DNA of 64,000 nt from the NCBI GenBank assembly GCA_016187385.1, contig JACPJU010000001.1, forward strand, positions 204,010-268,009. Direction: 5' to 3'. The position numbers and the translations under genes were made by a program. Every line of letters starts with the position of its first letter. The stretch's first letter is position 1. This document shows positions 47,118-57,710 of the stretch, one piece after another. Under the pieces are notes generated by a model. It ran no database searches, had not been told where the DNA came from, and was given only the letters and a program-made list of their open reading frames with translations. Origin of the DNA: Candidatus Aenigmatarchaeota archaeon (GTDB taxonomy: Archaea; Aenigmatarchaeota; Aenigmatarchaeia; CG10238-14; SCSR01).

Positions 47118-48230
47118 GTGTTGACCGCTATGAAAAAGAACGTGAGAAACAAAGGTAAGATGAAAGTCTTGTATTTGGGGAACTTTTCTGATCCCAGCTA
47201 TGAAGGATTGATGACAATAGTTGGAAATTTGAAATCCAACCTAAAAAATGAAGTGTACGAGAACGACAAGTCGAAAATCGGAGAAGCGGATTTGATCAGT
47301 ATTCATTCATCCGGTTTTTTTGAAAGCATTGGATTTTCGGGTATGAAAGGTTTGAAAATCTATTCTCTTCATGCTAACATTGTTCCGCTTTATTTTGCAC
47401 GACTGCTTGACTATATACAATGGCTACTTTTTGTCTACAGCAGGAAAAATGATTATCTCTCCATGACTCATAGAATAGTTAAAATTATGGCGAACTTGAT
47501 AAGCAATTTCACGCCACTGTTTGTAAAGAGATTTTTCCTAAACGAGATGGACGCTGTAATAGTTCCGAGTAAATGGTTATCCGGAAAGTTGAGATTGAGA
47601 AACAGTTACATAATCCGACAGGGGATAGACGTTCGGAAGTTTAAAAGTACTGGCAAGGGAAACGGGAGTAAAATCGTCATGAGCTTTTTCGGCCATCCGG
47701 ATTCAGAGAAGGGTATTTTCGAATTAATAGATTCTTTTTCGAAACTTCAAGATTCGAACATTGAAAAGAACATGTTCTTCACTGAAAAAACTGAAAAGAT
47801 AGAGAATTTCATCAGCAGGAAAGACAAGTCCGTCAAGGTGTTTGGATTCGTTGAGGATATCGTAAAAGAGTATAACGATTCTGACATTGTGATTCTTCCG
47901 TACAGGCATAGTTTGGGAGGCATCGCAACTCCACTAGTTTTACTGGAGGCAATGGCATGTGGAAGAGCAATTATTACAACAGATTTACCTCACTTGAGAG
48001 AGATATGCGGCGACGCGGTATTTTATGTGAAACCGTATTCTGTGGAAGATTTGCTAAACGCCATAAGATATCTAGGTGGAAATCCAGAATTGAGGAAGAT
48101 GCTGGGAAAGAAGGCCAGGGAAAGAGCTGTTAAATACTATGACCAGAAGAAGATGTTTCTCGAGTATGAAAAATTGTTTGAGAAATTATCGCTTTCTCAC
48201 GATAACAAACAAATGCCGCCTAAACCATAG
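47118..48230 (+). CDS. Glycosyltransferase family 4
   Basis: GGIATPLVLLEAMACGRAIITTD. Confidence 0.75.
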   Translation: MLTAMKKNVRNKGKMKVLYLGNFSDPSYEGLMTIVGNLKSNLKNEVYENDKSKIGEADLISIHSSGFFESIGFSGMKGLKIYSLHANIVPLYFARLLDYIQWLLFVYSRKNDYLSMTHRIVKIMANLISNFTPLFVKRFFLNEMDAVIVPSKWLSGKLRLRNSYIIRQGIDVRKFKSTGKGNGSKIVMSFFGHPDSEKGIFELIDSFSKLQDSNIEKNMFFTEKTEKIENFISRKDKSVKVFGFVEDIVKEYNDSDIVILPYRHSLGGIATPLVLLEAMACGRAIITTDLPHLREICGDAVFYVKPYSVEDLLNAIRYLGGNPELRKMLGKKARERAVKYYDQKKMFLEYEKLFEKLSLSHDNKQMPPKP

Positions 48231-49010
48231 AGGCAGTGGAAGGAAATTCTCTAAGAATGCGACCGCATGCTGTATAATTGGTATTTTGTAGAAAGTTCGC
48301 GCATAGGAAAATACTCCTGTCATTTCATAGTCATAACCATTGAAAAATTCTTTTAATTCTTGTATAGTGAATAGGCGTGTTCGTTCCCTGTTTGGTTCTA
48401 TAAACATAGAAAGTTTGGTCCATGGAGAATTCTCATTTGGAAAGTCGCATATCACAATCCCGTTCTTTTTGGTGACTCTGTACATTTCCTTGAAAGCCTT
48501 TTTGTAATCTGGTAAGTGCATCAGAACGTGCATCGTAAAAGTACAGTCGAAAGTATTCTGGCCGTAAGGCATGTCTTCTATGTCGCCTACTTTCAATTGA
48601 ACATCAATGTCATATTTTCCCGTCTTTCGTTTGAACTGAGAGAGCATATTCCTTGACGGGTCTATGCCATGGCATTCCAAGCCTTTGAACGCAAGGTATA
48701 GCAATATCCTACCTGTACCGCAGCCCGCCTCAAGCACCTTTTTGAAGTTGTTTCTCTCTATAATGCCATATATCAGTTGTCGCTGTATCCTGTCCATTAG
48801 CCGACCTTCAAAATTACCTGAACGATCCAAGTCGTATGATAATGCAACATTTTCGTACTCGTCCAGAACTTCTTTTTTCGTTCTGAACTTCAGTTTGGCT
48901 TTCATATCTACAATTATACAGAAGCATTTATAAGACTCGACCTGTAAGCTGTTAAATTTAAGAATGTTTAACAACCTTATTTTATCATGCCGAACGAAAC
49001 TGTAGAGCAT
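48186..49010 (-). CDS. Class I SAM-dependent methyltransferase
   Basis: VLEAGCGTGRILLYLA motif I. Confidence 0.7.
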   Translation of the reverse strand: MLYSFVRHDKIRLLNILKFNSLQVESYKCFCIIVDMKAKLKFRTKKEVLDEYENVALSYDLDRSGNFEGRLMDRIQRQLIYGIIERNNFKKVLEAGCGTGRILLYLAFKGLECHGIDPSRNMLSQFKRKTGKYDIDVQLKVGDIEDMPYGQNTFDCTFTMHVLMHLPDYKKAFKEMYRVTKKNGIVICDFPNENSPWTKLSMFIEPNRERTRLFTIQELKEFFNGYDYEMTGVFSYARTFYKIPIIQHAVAFLENFLPLPLWFRRHLFVIVRKR

Positions 49011-49406
49011 ATCAAAGCCAATGACGAATTATTGGCCATAGTAGTCAGGAGCGGATACGACGACAAAGGGATTAATTTTATAACGCCACAAGATTTGGTC
49101 TTGCAATTCGGCATGCATAACAGGGAAGCTGGCGAAGAGTCAAAGGCGCACAAGCACTTTAACATACCAGAACTGTCCGACATACCTGTACTTGAGGTGT
49201 TTTACATAATAGAGGGGAAGGCCAAGGTTAATTTTTTTGATGATGATTCAAACGTTTTAAAAAGCGTTGTCCTAGAGAGGGGGGATTCCCTCATAAACAC
49301 TGGGACTAGGACTCACTCGGTAGATTATATGGAGAAAACCAAGATGTTGGAAATCAAACAAGGACCATACAGAGGGAAAGAAAAGGACAAAAGTATTAGA
49401 ACTTAA
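48987..49406 (+). CDS. Cupin-fold protein, possibly WxcM/FdtA-like sugar 3,4-ketoisomerase
   Basis: AHKHF...E...G pattern of small cupins; context with a DegT aminotransferase. Confidence 0.35.
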   Translation: MPNETVEHIKANDELLAIVVRSGYDDKGINFITPQDLVLQFGMHNREAGEESKAHKHFNIPELSDIPVLEVFYIIEGKAKVNFFDDDSNVLKSVVLERGDSLINTGTRTHSVDYMEKTKMLEIKQGPYRGKEKDKSIRT

Positions 49407-49439
49407 GAAGGTTGCTGTTTAATTATTTAAAGGTTAAAA

Positions 49440-49796
49440 ATGGAAACGTTGTTGGACGAAATCAGAAATCATTTGGACTTGAAGAAAAACACAAGAGAAA
49501 ATTTGAACCCCAATTTTTTCACCGAAATGGGATTTACTGAAAGGGAGCTTACAGACAAAGAAAGAAGTGTATTGAAAGTGGACGATGTTTTTGTCAATAG
49601 CTGGAATAAAATGATTGGTGATGATGAAATTACTGTAGTCCACCATGTAAAAAAGGAAGACGATTTGATTATACCGAGACCTAGTGAGGTACATGTCCAC
49701 TTGATAACCAGGAATACCAAGACCAACGAGGAAAAAAGAGAAAAATACAAGTGGGATGAAAGATTGTCGCCAATAATGAGAGAGGAATTGTTGTAG
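49440..49796 (+). CDS. Hypothetical protein
   Basis: 118-aa ORF inside the glycan cluster; no motif. Confidence 0.3.
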   Translation: METLLDEIRNHLDLKKNTRENLNPNFFTEMGFTERELTDKERSVLKVDDVFVNSWNKMIGDDEITVVHHVKKEDDLIIPRPSEVHVHLITRNTKTNEEKREKYKWDERLSPIMREELL

Positions 49797-49809
49797 TCAA
49801 TGTGGGAAC

Positions 49810-50865
49810 ATGAAAACTGCATTAATTACTGGCGTCACAGGTCAAGATGGGGCTTATTTGGCGGAACTTTTGCTGAAAAAAGGCTACAATGTATTCGGAA
49901 CATATAGACGTTTATCAACGCCCAACTTTTGGAGACTGCAACATTTGAATGTGTTTGATAAAATCGACCTTATACCAATAGATTTGATAGACACGGGGTC
50001 CATCTTGGAATCCATAAAAATGTCCAATCCGGATGAGATTTACCATATGGCAGCCCAAAGCTTTGTAGGCGCTTCTTTCGAACAACCGATTTCAACTGGC
50101 ATGATTACCGGATTGGGAACAGCCAGACTGCTCGAAGCTATGAGAACACTGGGCTCCAATGCAAAATTTTACAATGCCGCAACAAGTGAGCTTTACGGAA
50201 CTGTAAATGTTGAACCACAAAATGAAAATACCCCGTTCCATCCAGCAAGTCCTTATGCAGTGGCCAAACTTTATTCTTATTGGATAACATCGAACTATCG
50301 AAATGGTTATGACATGTTTGCGGCGAATGGTATTTTATTCAATCATGAATCGAGTTTAAGGGGTCTCGAATTTGTTACAAGAAAAATTTCGAATAGCGTT
50401 GCAAAAATTAAACTTGGGATAGAGAAAACATTGGAGATAGGTAACCTAGAAACAAAAAGAGACTGGGGATTCGCGCAAGAATACGTAGAAGCGATGTGGA
50501 TGATGTTGCAGCAGGAAAAGCCGGATGATTTTGTGATAGCTACGAATGAAATGCATTCAGTAAAAGATTTTGTTGAGAATGCATTCAATACTGTTGGTTT
50601 GAATTGGGAAGATCATGTTACAATAAACAAGAGGTTCAAGAGACCTTTGGAAACGGGTAATCTAAGGGGCGATTATACAAAAGCCAAAGAAAAACTCGGT
50701 TGGGAACCCAAGACGAAATTCAAGGAATTGGTGAAGATGATGGTCGAAGAGGATGTGAAAAGATGGGAGATGTGGCTGAACGGCAAGTCTTTCCCGTGGG
50801 ACGCACCAAATTATCCAAATGAATCCAGAATTTTGTCCAGATCTTTAAAACTTGAAAAATTATAG
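49810..50865 (+). CDS. gmd: GDP-mannose 4,6-dehydratase
   Basis: ALITGVTGQDGAYLAELLLKKGY canonical GMD N-terminus. Confidence 0.9.
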   Translation: MKTALITGVTGQDGAYLAELLLKKGYNVFGTYRRLSTPNFWRLQHLNVFDKIDLIPIDLIDTGSILESIKMSNPDEIYHMAAQSFVGASFEQPISTGMITGLGTARLLEAMRTLGSNAKFYNAATSELYGTVNVEPQNENTPFHPASPYAVAKLYSYWITSNYRNGYDMFAANGILFNHESSLRGLEFVTRKISNSVAKIKLGIEKTLEIGNLETKRDWGFAQEYVEAMWMMLQQEKPDDFVIATNEMHSVKDFVENAFNTVGLNWEDHVTINKRFKRPLETGNLRGDYTKAKEKLGWEPKTKFKELVKMMVEEDVKRWEMWLNGKSFPWDAPNYPNESRILSRSLKLEKL

Positions 50866-51979
50866 AATAGTTACTGGTTTTATGAAAGTTGCACTAGTTA
50901 ATAACCATCATCCATTTTCTGGTGCAGGCAAATATGCGTTCAATCTGTTGACGAATTTTAGAAAGTTCAACAAAAATGTGAAGATGTTCTACCTCGAGAC
51001 AGACAGCAACAAAATCGAAGAAATAAGCGGTGTGGAAAAGATAAAGAAAAACTTGGGTTTTACGGAATTGAATAAAAGCCTTTTACCGTATTTTTGGTTT
51101 ACAAGAAAGATACCGGATGGATTTGATGTATATCATGCTACCAATCAATTCTTGTCAAAATTGGCAAAATATCATAAAAACTGTGTGATTACCCACATGG
51201 ACATTCGACCTATAGCATACCCGTATGATTTCAGGATGAAAATGGTCGGTGTTATGCTGAAGCACCTGTTGAAATATTACAAATATGCGGCCAAGATACT
51301 CGCTCTCTCCGAAGTGGTTAAAAATGAACTGTTGGAAATGGGTGTAGTAGAAGAGTATGTTGTTGATGTAGTCTATCCAGGGTATGATCCAAAGGTCTAC
51401 AAACCATTTCCAAAAAGCAAAGCCAGGAAAAAATTGAACCTGCCGCAAGATGCAAAGATTGTCATAAATGTCGGTAGTGAAGAGCCTGTAAAGAACATTC
51501 CTATGCTTATCAATGCCGTAGACCAGTTGCAGAGTGGTATACCTGAAATAATGCTGGTAAGAATAGGTGGAAGCAAGGAATCTGGAAAATATTGGGAGAA
51601 GGAAATCGATGCTAAAAACAGAATAAACATCATGGAGCTTCAGAAGATACCGGAATCTGAAATGCACCTTTATTACAATGCAGCAGATGTGTGTGTAACA
51701 CCGGTGCTGTACGGCGAAGGCTTTCTTTTTCCGCCTCTAGAGGCAATGGCATGCGGTACTCCTTCGATTGTCTCGGATGAACTGAAAGTTTTCGAGAAAG
51801 GTAGCCTAGTAGTGCCGAAAGACAGTATTGAGGAACTGAAGGATGCCATATACAAAGTCTTGACAAAGAATTCTCTCAGCAAGCAACTTTCCAAAAAAGG
51901 ATTGAGGGACGCAAAGAATTTCACATTAGAGAAAAACGTCAAAAATACATACAAGGCATACGAAGAAATCGCGTCTTAA
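50852..51979 (+). CDS. Glycosyltransferase family 4
   Basis: EGFLFPPLEAMACGTPSIVSD. Confidence 0.8.
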   Translation: MKNYRIVTGFMKVALVNNHHPFSGAGKYAFNLLTNFRKFNKNVKMFYLETDSNKIEEISGVEKIKKNLGFTELNKSLLPYFWFTRKIPDGFDVYHATNQFLSKLAKYHKNCVITHMDIRPIAYPYDFRMKMVGVMLKHLLKYYKYAAKILALSEVVKNELLEMGVVEEYVVDVVYPGYDPKVYKPFPKSKARKKLNLPQDAKIVINVGSEEPVKNIPMLINAVDQLQSGIPEIMLVRIGGSKESGKYWEKEIDAKNRINIMELQKIPESEMHLYYNAADVCVTPVLYGEGFLFPPLEAMACGTPSIVSDELKVFEKGSLVVPKDSIEELKDAIYKVLTKNSLSKQLSKKGLRDAKNFTLEKNVKNTYKAYEEIAS

Positions 51980-52027
51980 TACCATCCAGATAAATTATTA
52001 AAAGCTTAACTCTTGATATGATATAAA

Positions 52028-53137
52028 ATGATGAAAATACCTGTATCCAAACCGTTGTTTAGTGGCAAAGAACTGGAATATGTGACAGACTGTATGAAGA
52101 CCGGTTGGGTATCCTCTGGGGGGAAGTATATAGAAGAGTTTGAAAACGGGTTTTCTAAATATCTCAACGCCAAACACTCGATAACAGCGTGCAACGGCAC
52201 GGCTGCATTGCATCTTGCGTTGTTGTCTTTGGGTATAGAAAAGGGTGACGAAGTGATATTGCCCAATTTTACAATGATAGCAAGTGCGAACTCAATAGTA
52301 TATACGGGCGCCAAACCAGTTTTTGTCGATGTCGAACCAAGGACGTGGAATATAGATGTTGATAAAATCGAGGAGAAGATAACCAAGGACACCAAGGCTA
52401 TAATGGCAGTACATATTTTCGGTCATCCGTGTGACATGGATCCTATTTTGAAAATAGCGAATGAGCATGGTATATCTGTTGTGGAGGACGCCGCTGAATC
52501 AATTGGTGCAGAGTATAAGGGAAAGATAGTCGGTTGCTTAGGCGATGTTGGTGCATTCAGTTTTTACGGCAATAAAATAATAACGACTGGGGAAGGCGGT
52601 ATGGTAGTGACTAACAATGAGGAAACAGCCGAGCGCATAAAAGCGTTTAAAAATCACTGGTTTGATAAAGATAGGACATTCATCCACAAGAATATAGGAT
52701 TCAATTACAGGATGACAAACATACAAGCGGCTATAGGATTGGCCCAATTGGAAAACATAGAAAAGCACATAAAAATCAAAAGAGACATTGTACAAACTTA
52801 CAATAACCTGCTAAAAGAGGTTGACGGTGTAAGAACTCCTATTGAAGAAAAATGGGCAAAAAGTGTTTTTTGGATGTATGCTGTTTTGATACAGGATTCT
52901 TTCGGGAAAGACAAGGATGTTGTCAGGAAAGAACTGGAAAAACTGGGGGTGGAAACCAGACTTTTGTTTGCCCCTATGAATTCACAACCATCGTTCGCAT
53001 TTCTGGGCGATAGCAACAACTATCCAGTTTCTGAAGAGTTGTATAAAAGAGGGTTTTACTTGCCATCGGGTTTGCAGATAGATGACAAAGAAATTCAATA
53101 TGTTGCTGATTCTATCAAAAATATCAGATTGTCATAA
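52028..53137 (+). CDS. DegT/DnrJ/EryC1-family PLP-dependent sugar aminotransferase
   Basis: Fold-type I aminotransferase with the GNKIITTGEGG lysine-region pattern. Confidence 0.85.
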   Translation: MMKIPVSKPLFSGKELEYVTDCMKTGWVSSGGKYIEEFENGFSKYLNAKHSITACNGTAALHLALLSLGIEKGDEVILPNFTMIASANSIVYTGAKPVFVDVEPRTWNIDVDKIEEKITKDTKAIMAVHIFGHPCDMDPILKIANEHGISVVEDAAESIGAEYKGKIVGCLGDVGAFSFYGNKIITTGEGGMVVTNNEETAERIKAFKNHWFDKDRTFIHKNIGFNYRMTNIQAAIGLAQLENIEKHIKIKRDIVQTYNNLLKEVDGVRTPIEEKWAKSVFWMYAVLIQDSFGKDKDVVRKELEKLGVETRLLFAPMNSQPSFAFLGDSNNYPVSEELYKRGFYLPSGLQIDDKEIQYVADSIKNIRLS

Positions 53138-53145
53138 GTGATTTA

Positions 53146-54225
53146 ATGATCAAAGTAGGAGTTATTGGCAGGTTTCCTCCTGAGAACATTCCGTTTGCAA
53201 GTTACACCCAGAATCTAGTAGAAAATATGAAAGGTTGCAAAGTCGTCAGGATAGGTTTGAGGGATTCTGATTGTGATTATGTATTGGGCATCGACAAAAA
53301 CTTTGGGAAGAATCTTGAAGACATAATCGAAAAGGAAAAACTGGATATTTTGCACATACAATATATAGCAAGCAGCGAATATCTCATACATAAAAGTAAT
53401 TCTCAATTGAATTCTTATTTCAACACAATTTTGGCTAATCTGAGACTGTTGAAATCGATGGGGAGGATAAAAATACCTACGGTCGTTACGCTTCACGAAC
53501 TTAACATAGAATCGAAAAATGTGAAGCAATTGGTTGTCAGATGGCTGGAAAAGAATATCATCAACAAGTCGGATAAGATAATAGTCCATTCATCTGGACA
53601 AAAAAAGATTCTATTGGATAATGGTATAGATGCTGAATCAATAGGCTTCGGTTTAACGCCGGTTAAAATAGAAAAGCGCAGGGGTAAAAATCTACTTTAT
53701 CTTGCCACCATATACCCGTCGCGTGGCGTAGAATATCTAATAAGAGCGATGAAATCACTGCCAGACTACAAACTTGTCGTAAAAGGTGTTGTTACTGACG
53801 AACATTATGCACAATTACTGAAAGATGAAATTGAAAAGAATAAATTGAAAAATGTAAAACTGGGATTCGGTTGGGGGTCCCATAAAGAAAGGGACAAGTT
53901 ATATAGGCAAACGAACATAGTTGTGTTGCCGTATTTATGGGCTCCGAATCAGTCGGTGGCTTTACATGATGCGTTCTCGTACAGAATTCCCGTGGTAGTT
54001 ACAGGAATAAACAATCCCATAAATGAAACCGTTAAGACGTACGGGTGTGGAGTTGTTGTAGAGCCCAAGAGTCCCGAAAAACTTGCCGAAGGTGTTAAAA
54101 TGTTATACGAAAACTATCATCATTATCTGAAGGGTGTAAACAATTACAGGAAGATTGCAAGTTGGAGAGCGATAGCCGATAAGCATGTAGAATTATATAA
54201 AAGGGTAATAAAATCGGGTGCTTAA
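53146..54225 (+). CDS. Glycosyltransferase (GT-B, family 4-like)
   Basis: Size and C-terminal nucleotide-sugar binding-like block; weaker motif match. Confidence 0.55.
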   Translation: MIKVGVIGRFPPENIPFASYTQNLVENMKGCKVVRIGLRDSDCDYVLGIDKNFGKNLEDIIEKEKLDILHIQYIASSEYLIHKSNSQLNSYFNTILANLRLLKSMGRIKIPTVVTLHELNIESKNVKQLVVRWLEKNIINKSDKIIVHSSGQKKILLDNGIDAESIGFGLTPVKIEKRRGKNLLYLATIYPSRGVEYLIRAMKSLPDYKLVVKGVVTDEHYAQLLKDEIEKNKLKNVKLGFGWGSHKERDKLYRQTNIVVLPYLWAPNQSVALHDAFSYRIPVVVTGINNPINETVKTYGCGVVVEPKSPEKLAEGVKMLYENYHHYLKGVNNYRKIASWRAIADKHVELYKRVIKSGA

Positions 54226-55037
54226 TGACAGGCAAAAATCCAATAACTTTCATTACCAGGTTTAGAAGCGGCTACACCCCAATGGACAGAATAAAGATTT
54301 TCTTGTACAGCGTCCTATACATATTGTTTTATCCTATAAATGTTCTGTCCTTTGCTTTGATCAAAAGGAATTTAATACACCTTAAAAAAATTTTTAATGG
54401 TTTCGGGGTGGTGAATTCGGACGGTGTGTATGTATGCAGAGATAATGTCGATCTTGATATAGTGTCTGAAAATTTCGAGCGTGACATAAGAAAATACTTT
54501 AAGAATTTTAATCGAGGTACGTTTGTAGACATAGGCGCGAACATAGGAAAATATACTGTGATGATTAGTAACCAGATGAAAGATAATGGAAGAATAATAT
54601 CTATAGAGCCTCATCCTGATAATTTTAAAATTTTGGAAAAGAATATAGAGATCAATGAACTGAAAAATATAACGCCGCTCAATCTCGCATGCTGGAACAA
54701 AAAAGATTCTTTGAAACTTTTCAACCACGAAAATCAACCTTTGTTGGCGTCAGTAACAAAATCTTCGGGAGATTTTATGGAAGTGGCTGCAAACTCTGTG
54801 GATAACATACTCGAAGAATTTGGTGTAGATGATGTTGACATGATAAAGCTTGATGTCGAAGGTGCCGAAGCAAAAGTCTTGGAAGGTATGGACAAACTAC
54901 TTAGAAAGGGTAGGGTAAAGATAATATTTGAGGCGTGGGATGATGAACATTTGTCGGATTGTAGAAAACTGTTGGGAGGTTACAATTACAAAGTGGAACA
55001 CCTAAACAAGATGTACTGGATGGGACTCCCAAAATGA
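54225..55037 (+). CDS. FkbM-family methyltransferase
   Basis: FVDIGANIGKYT. Confidence 0.75.
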   Translation: MTGKNPITFITRFRSGYTPMDRIKIFLYSVLYILFYPINVLSFALIKRNLIHLKKIFNGFGVVNSDGVYVCRDNVDLDIVSENFERDIRKYFKNFNRGTFVDIGANIGKYTVMISNQMKDNGRIISIEPHPDNFKILEKNIEINELKNITPLNLACWNKKDSLKLFNHENQPLLASVTKSSGDFMEVAANSVDNILEEFGVDDVDMIKLDVEGAEAKVLEGMDKLLRKGRVKIIFEAWDDEHLSDCRKLLGGYNYKVEHLNKMYWMGLPK

Positions 55038-55093
55038 ACCATTTAAAATCTTAATACTGTTAATATAACATATCTTGTAAACGGAAGATAAAA

Positions 55094-56686
55094 GTGAAGA
55101 TAGAAATAACCCAAAGGGACTTTATCATAATACTTTTAATCGTAGTTGGACTGGCATTCGTACTCGAAGCTAACGTCTCGCTCAAATCACACATCACATT
55201 CGGAGATGAAGGCTTCCATGCGGGATGGGGAAAGTGGATATCGCAAAATATCGAATATCCGCAATGGGACCAATTGGGTTTCACGGATGTTTTCAAAACA
55301 AGCTTTTCTAGACCGCCATTATTCCACCTTACAGAAGCTGGATTTCTTCTGTTGTTAGGTCAACAAGAAATAATACTGAAGCTTTTACCGCCGTTGATAG
55401 CCGCCTTGACAATACTCGCATTCTATATATTGATTAAGAGATTGTACAACAAGGAAATAGCTCTGATATCGTCACTGATTTTAATCGGATTGCCGTCATT
55501 CGTTACTTACACCGTTGTTGTGTTCGACGAAATTTTGTTTTCATTCTACATGACGCTGTTCACATTCACTTTCATACTGGCGCTTAAAGAAAACAATAGA
55601 CGACTCTGGTTTCTGTCGGCTGTTTTCGGGGCTTTGGCTGTACTGACTAAGAATGCAGGTATCATAGTTTTTGCTTTTGCCGGTATTGCATTTCTATACA
55701 AGATTTACAAAGAAAGAAAATTAATTGACCATTTGAAACAGTTTGCTCTGTTTTTCGTGATTGTTTCTCTGATAGCTGCTCCGTTTTTCATGAGAAATCT
55801 CGTTTTCTATTATACCCCGACATGTTATCCGATACCACTTTTAACTTTTGACAAAAGCGGTTGTGAAGTGAAGGAATTCGAGGACCAAAGAGAATTTGAT
55901 GTGCGAACACTTTCAGGAGGATCAGAAAATGATATACTGAGTTTCGGTATATTAAATTACATTGAATTTGCGTATGGCAACTATTGGTTTATTCTAATAG
56001 GACTATTGGGTGGTCTGATTGTAATCATGAAAAAAATGGATGATGTAATGCCGTTTATTTTAATCATGTTGGTTCTGGGATTGATTATCCTTCAGCAAAC
56101 AACTCAAAGAACCGAAGATGCTGCAAGGCAATTGGTAGCCTGGGCATCATTAATAACAATCATAAGCGCGAAATACTGGAATGAAATAAGATCATTCCTC
56201 GACAGATATCTAAAGTATTTGGGATTGATAATTGTAGTTTTGATTCTGTTTCTCAATTATCAGAATGTCACAAGTAAATTAAGTGCGATGGAAAGTGTCA
56301 AACGATTTTCTCCGATGTTTTTCGAAGCATGCGACTGGGTAGATGAAAATCTGGACAAAGATGTGAAATTGATGACATTCTGGGGGTATAGAGCGTCCTA
56401 CAGTTGCCAAAGAATAATAAGCCCGGGATGGGCGGACATACGTTTGAACGACAACCCCGAAGACATAGTTAAGATATCTGAAATGCACGGTATAACGCAC
56501 TTCTTCATACAAAAGTTCAGCATATCGCAACAACCGTCGAGGGAAAGTTATTCTGTCGCATTTGTCAGATTGCTTGAAAATAATCCGGACAAATTCGAAA
56601 AAATTTATGAGAACGGACCACCTTTGAACCAATGCTTACAGCAAGGTGGATGCGACGGCAATATTATTTATAAAGTAATCTATTGA
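55094..56686 (+). CDS. Polytopic membrane glycosyltransferase (GT39/GT83 ArnT/PMT-like)
   Basis: 530 aa, about 11 TM helices in the N-terminal two-thirds plus a soluble C-terminal domain. Confidence 0.5.
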   Translation: MKIEITQRDFIIILLIVVGLAFVLEANVSLKSHITFGDEGFHAGWGKWISQNIEYPQWDQLGFTDVFKTSFSRPPLFHLTEAGFLLLLGQQEIILKLLPPLIAALTILAFYILIKRLYNKEIALISSLILIGLPSFVTYTVVVFDEILFSFYMTLFTFTFILALKENNRRLWFLSAVFGALAVLTKNAGIIVFAFAGIAFLYKIYKERKLIDHLKQFALFFVIVSLIAAPFFMRNLVFYYTPTCYPIPLLTFDKSGCEVKEFEDQREFDVRTLSGGSENDILSFGILNYIEFAYGNYWFILIGLLGGLIVIMKKMDDVMPFILIMLVLGLIILQQTTQRTEDAARQLVAWASLITIISAKYWNEIRSFLDRYLKYLGLIIVVLILFLNYQNVTSKLSAMESVKRFSPMFFEACDWVDENLDKDVKLMTFWGYRASYSCQRIISPGWADIRLNDNPEDIVKISEMHGITHFFIQKFSISQQPSRESYSVAFVRLLENNPDKFEKIYENGPPLNQCLQQGGCDGNIIYKVIY

Positions 56687-56696
56687 TTACAGATAT

Positions 56697-57710
56697 ATGA
56701 TGACATTAGTATTGAGCGTTTTGGTATCTTTTTTCGTAACATTATTTATCACGCCAGTCATGATTAGATTTCTATATAAGATTGGTGTAGTAGGCATAGA
56801 CCAGCACAAAAGAAATAAGCCGATCATACCGACATCTGGAGGAATATGTGTTGCAATCGGTATTTTAACTGGGTTGTTAACTTTCATAGGTCTGGAAACA
56901 TTCACAACAGGTTTTTCCTCTAACATTGTAGATTTACTTGCTATAATATCATCTGTATTAATCGTAACATTGGTTGGGTTATTTGACGACCTGAACATCG
57001 CATCGAAAAAATTTGTAACTAAAGATATTGAGGATATACGGATTGGATTGCCGCAGTGGATCAAACCTTTGTTGACTCTACCAGCTGCTATACCATTAAT
57101 GGTTATTAGCGCAGGTGACCCCAATATAAATCTTCCTGTAATAGGAACATTTGATGTCGGTATTTTGTTTCCTCTGCTATTAGTTCCGATAGGTATCATA
57201 GGCGCAAGCAACGCAATAAATATGCTTGGCGGATTCAATGGAATGGAAACAGGTATGGCAATTGTTTACATGTTGGGGCTCGGTATTTTTGCACTTGCAA
57301 CGCAAAATCCGATAGCTATATTATTTTTGGTAGTTACCGGGTCACTATTAGCTTTTATAAAATTCAACTGGTTCCCAGCAAAAATATTGCCAGGTGACTC
57401 TTTGACATATCTTCTTGGTGCCCTGATCGCATCTGGTGTTATTGTCGGCAATATGGAAACATTCGGAATTATAGTCATGATACCGTTTTTCATGGAGCTG
57501 ATTTTAAAATTGAGGTCAAAGTTCAAAGCAAGCAGCCTCGGAAAACTCAGGAAAGATGACACATTAGAGAATATCTATGGTAAAAATGTTTACAGTCTGA
57601 CTCACATTGTGATGCGATTGGGTAGGTTCACTGAAAAACAGATAACAATGATTTTTATTTTACTGGTTTCTCTGGTCGTTGTTCTCGGATTGTCTCTTTA
57701 TCTTTTCTGA
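56697..57710 (+). CDS. Polyprenyl-phosphate sugar-1-phosphate transferase (MraY/WecA family; AglH-like)
   Basis: 10-TM layout with DDxxN- and NxxNxxDGxDG-like loops. Confidence 0.75.
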   Translation: MMTLVLSVLVSFFVTLFITPVMIRFLYKIGVVGIDQHKRNKPIIPTSGGICVAIGILTGLLTFIGLETFTTGFSSNIVDLLAIISSVLIVTLVGLFDDLNIASKKFVTKDIEDIRIGLPQWIKPLLTLPAAIPLMVISAGDPNINLPVIGTFDVGILFPLLLVPIGIIGASNAINMLGGFNGMETGMAIVYMLGLGIFALATQNPIAILFLVVTGSLLAFIKFNWFPAKILPGDSLTYLLGALIASGVIVGNMETFGIIVMIPFFMELILKLRSKFKASSLGKLRKDDTLENIYGKNVYSLTHIVMRLGRFTEKQITMIFILLVSLVVVLGLSLYLF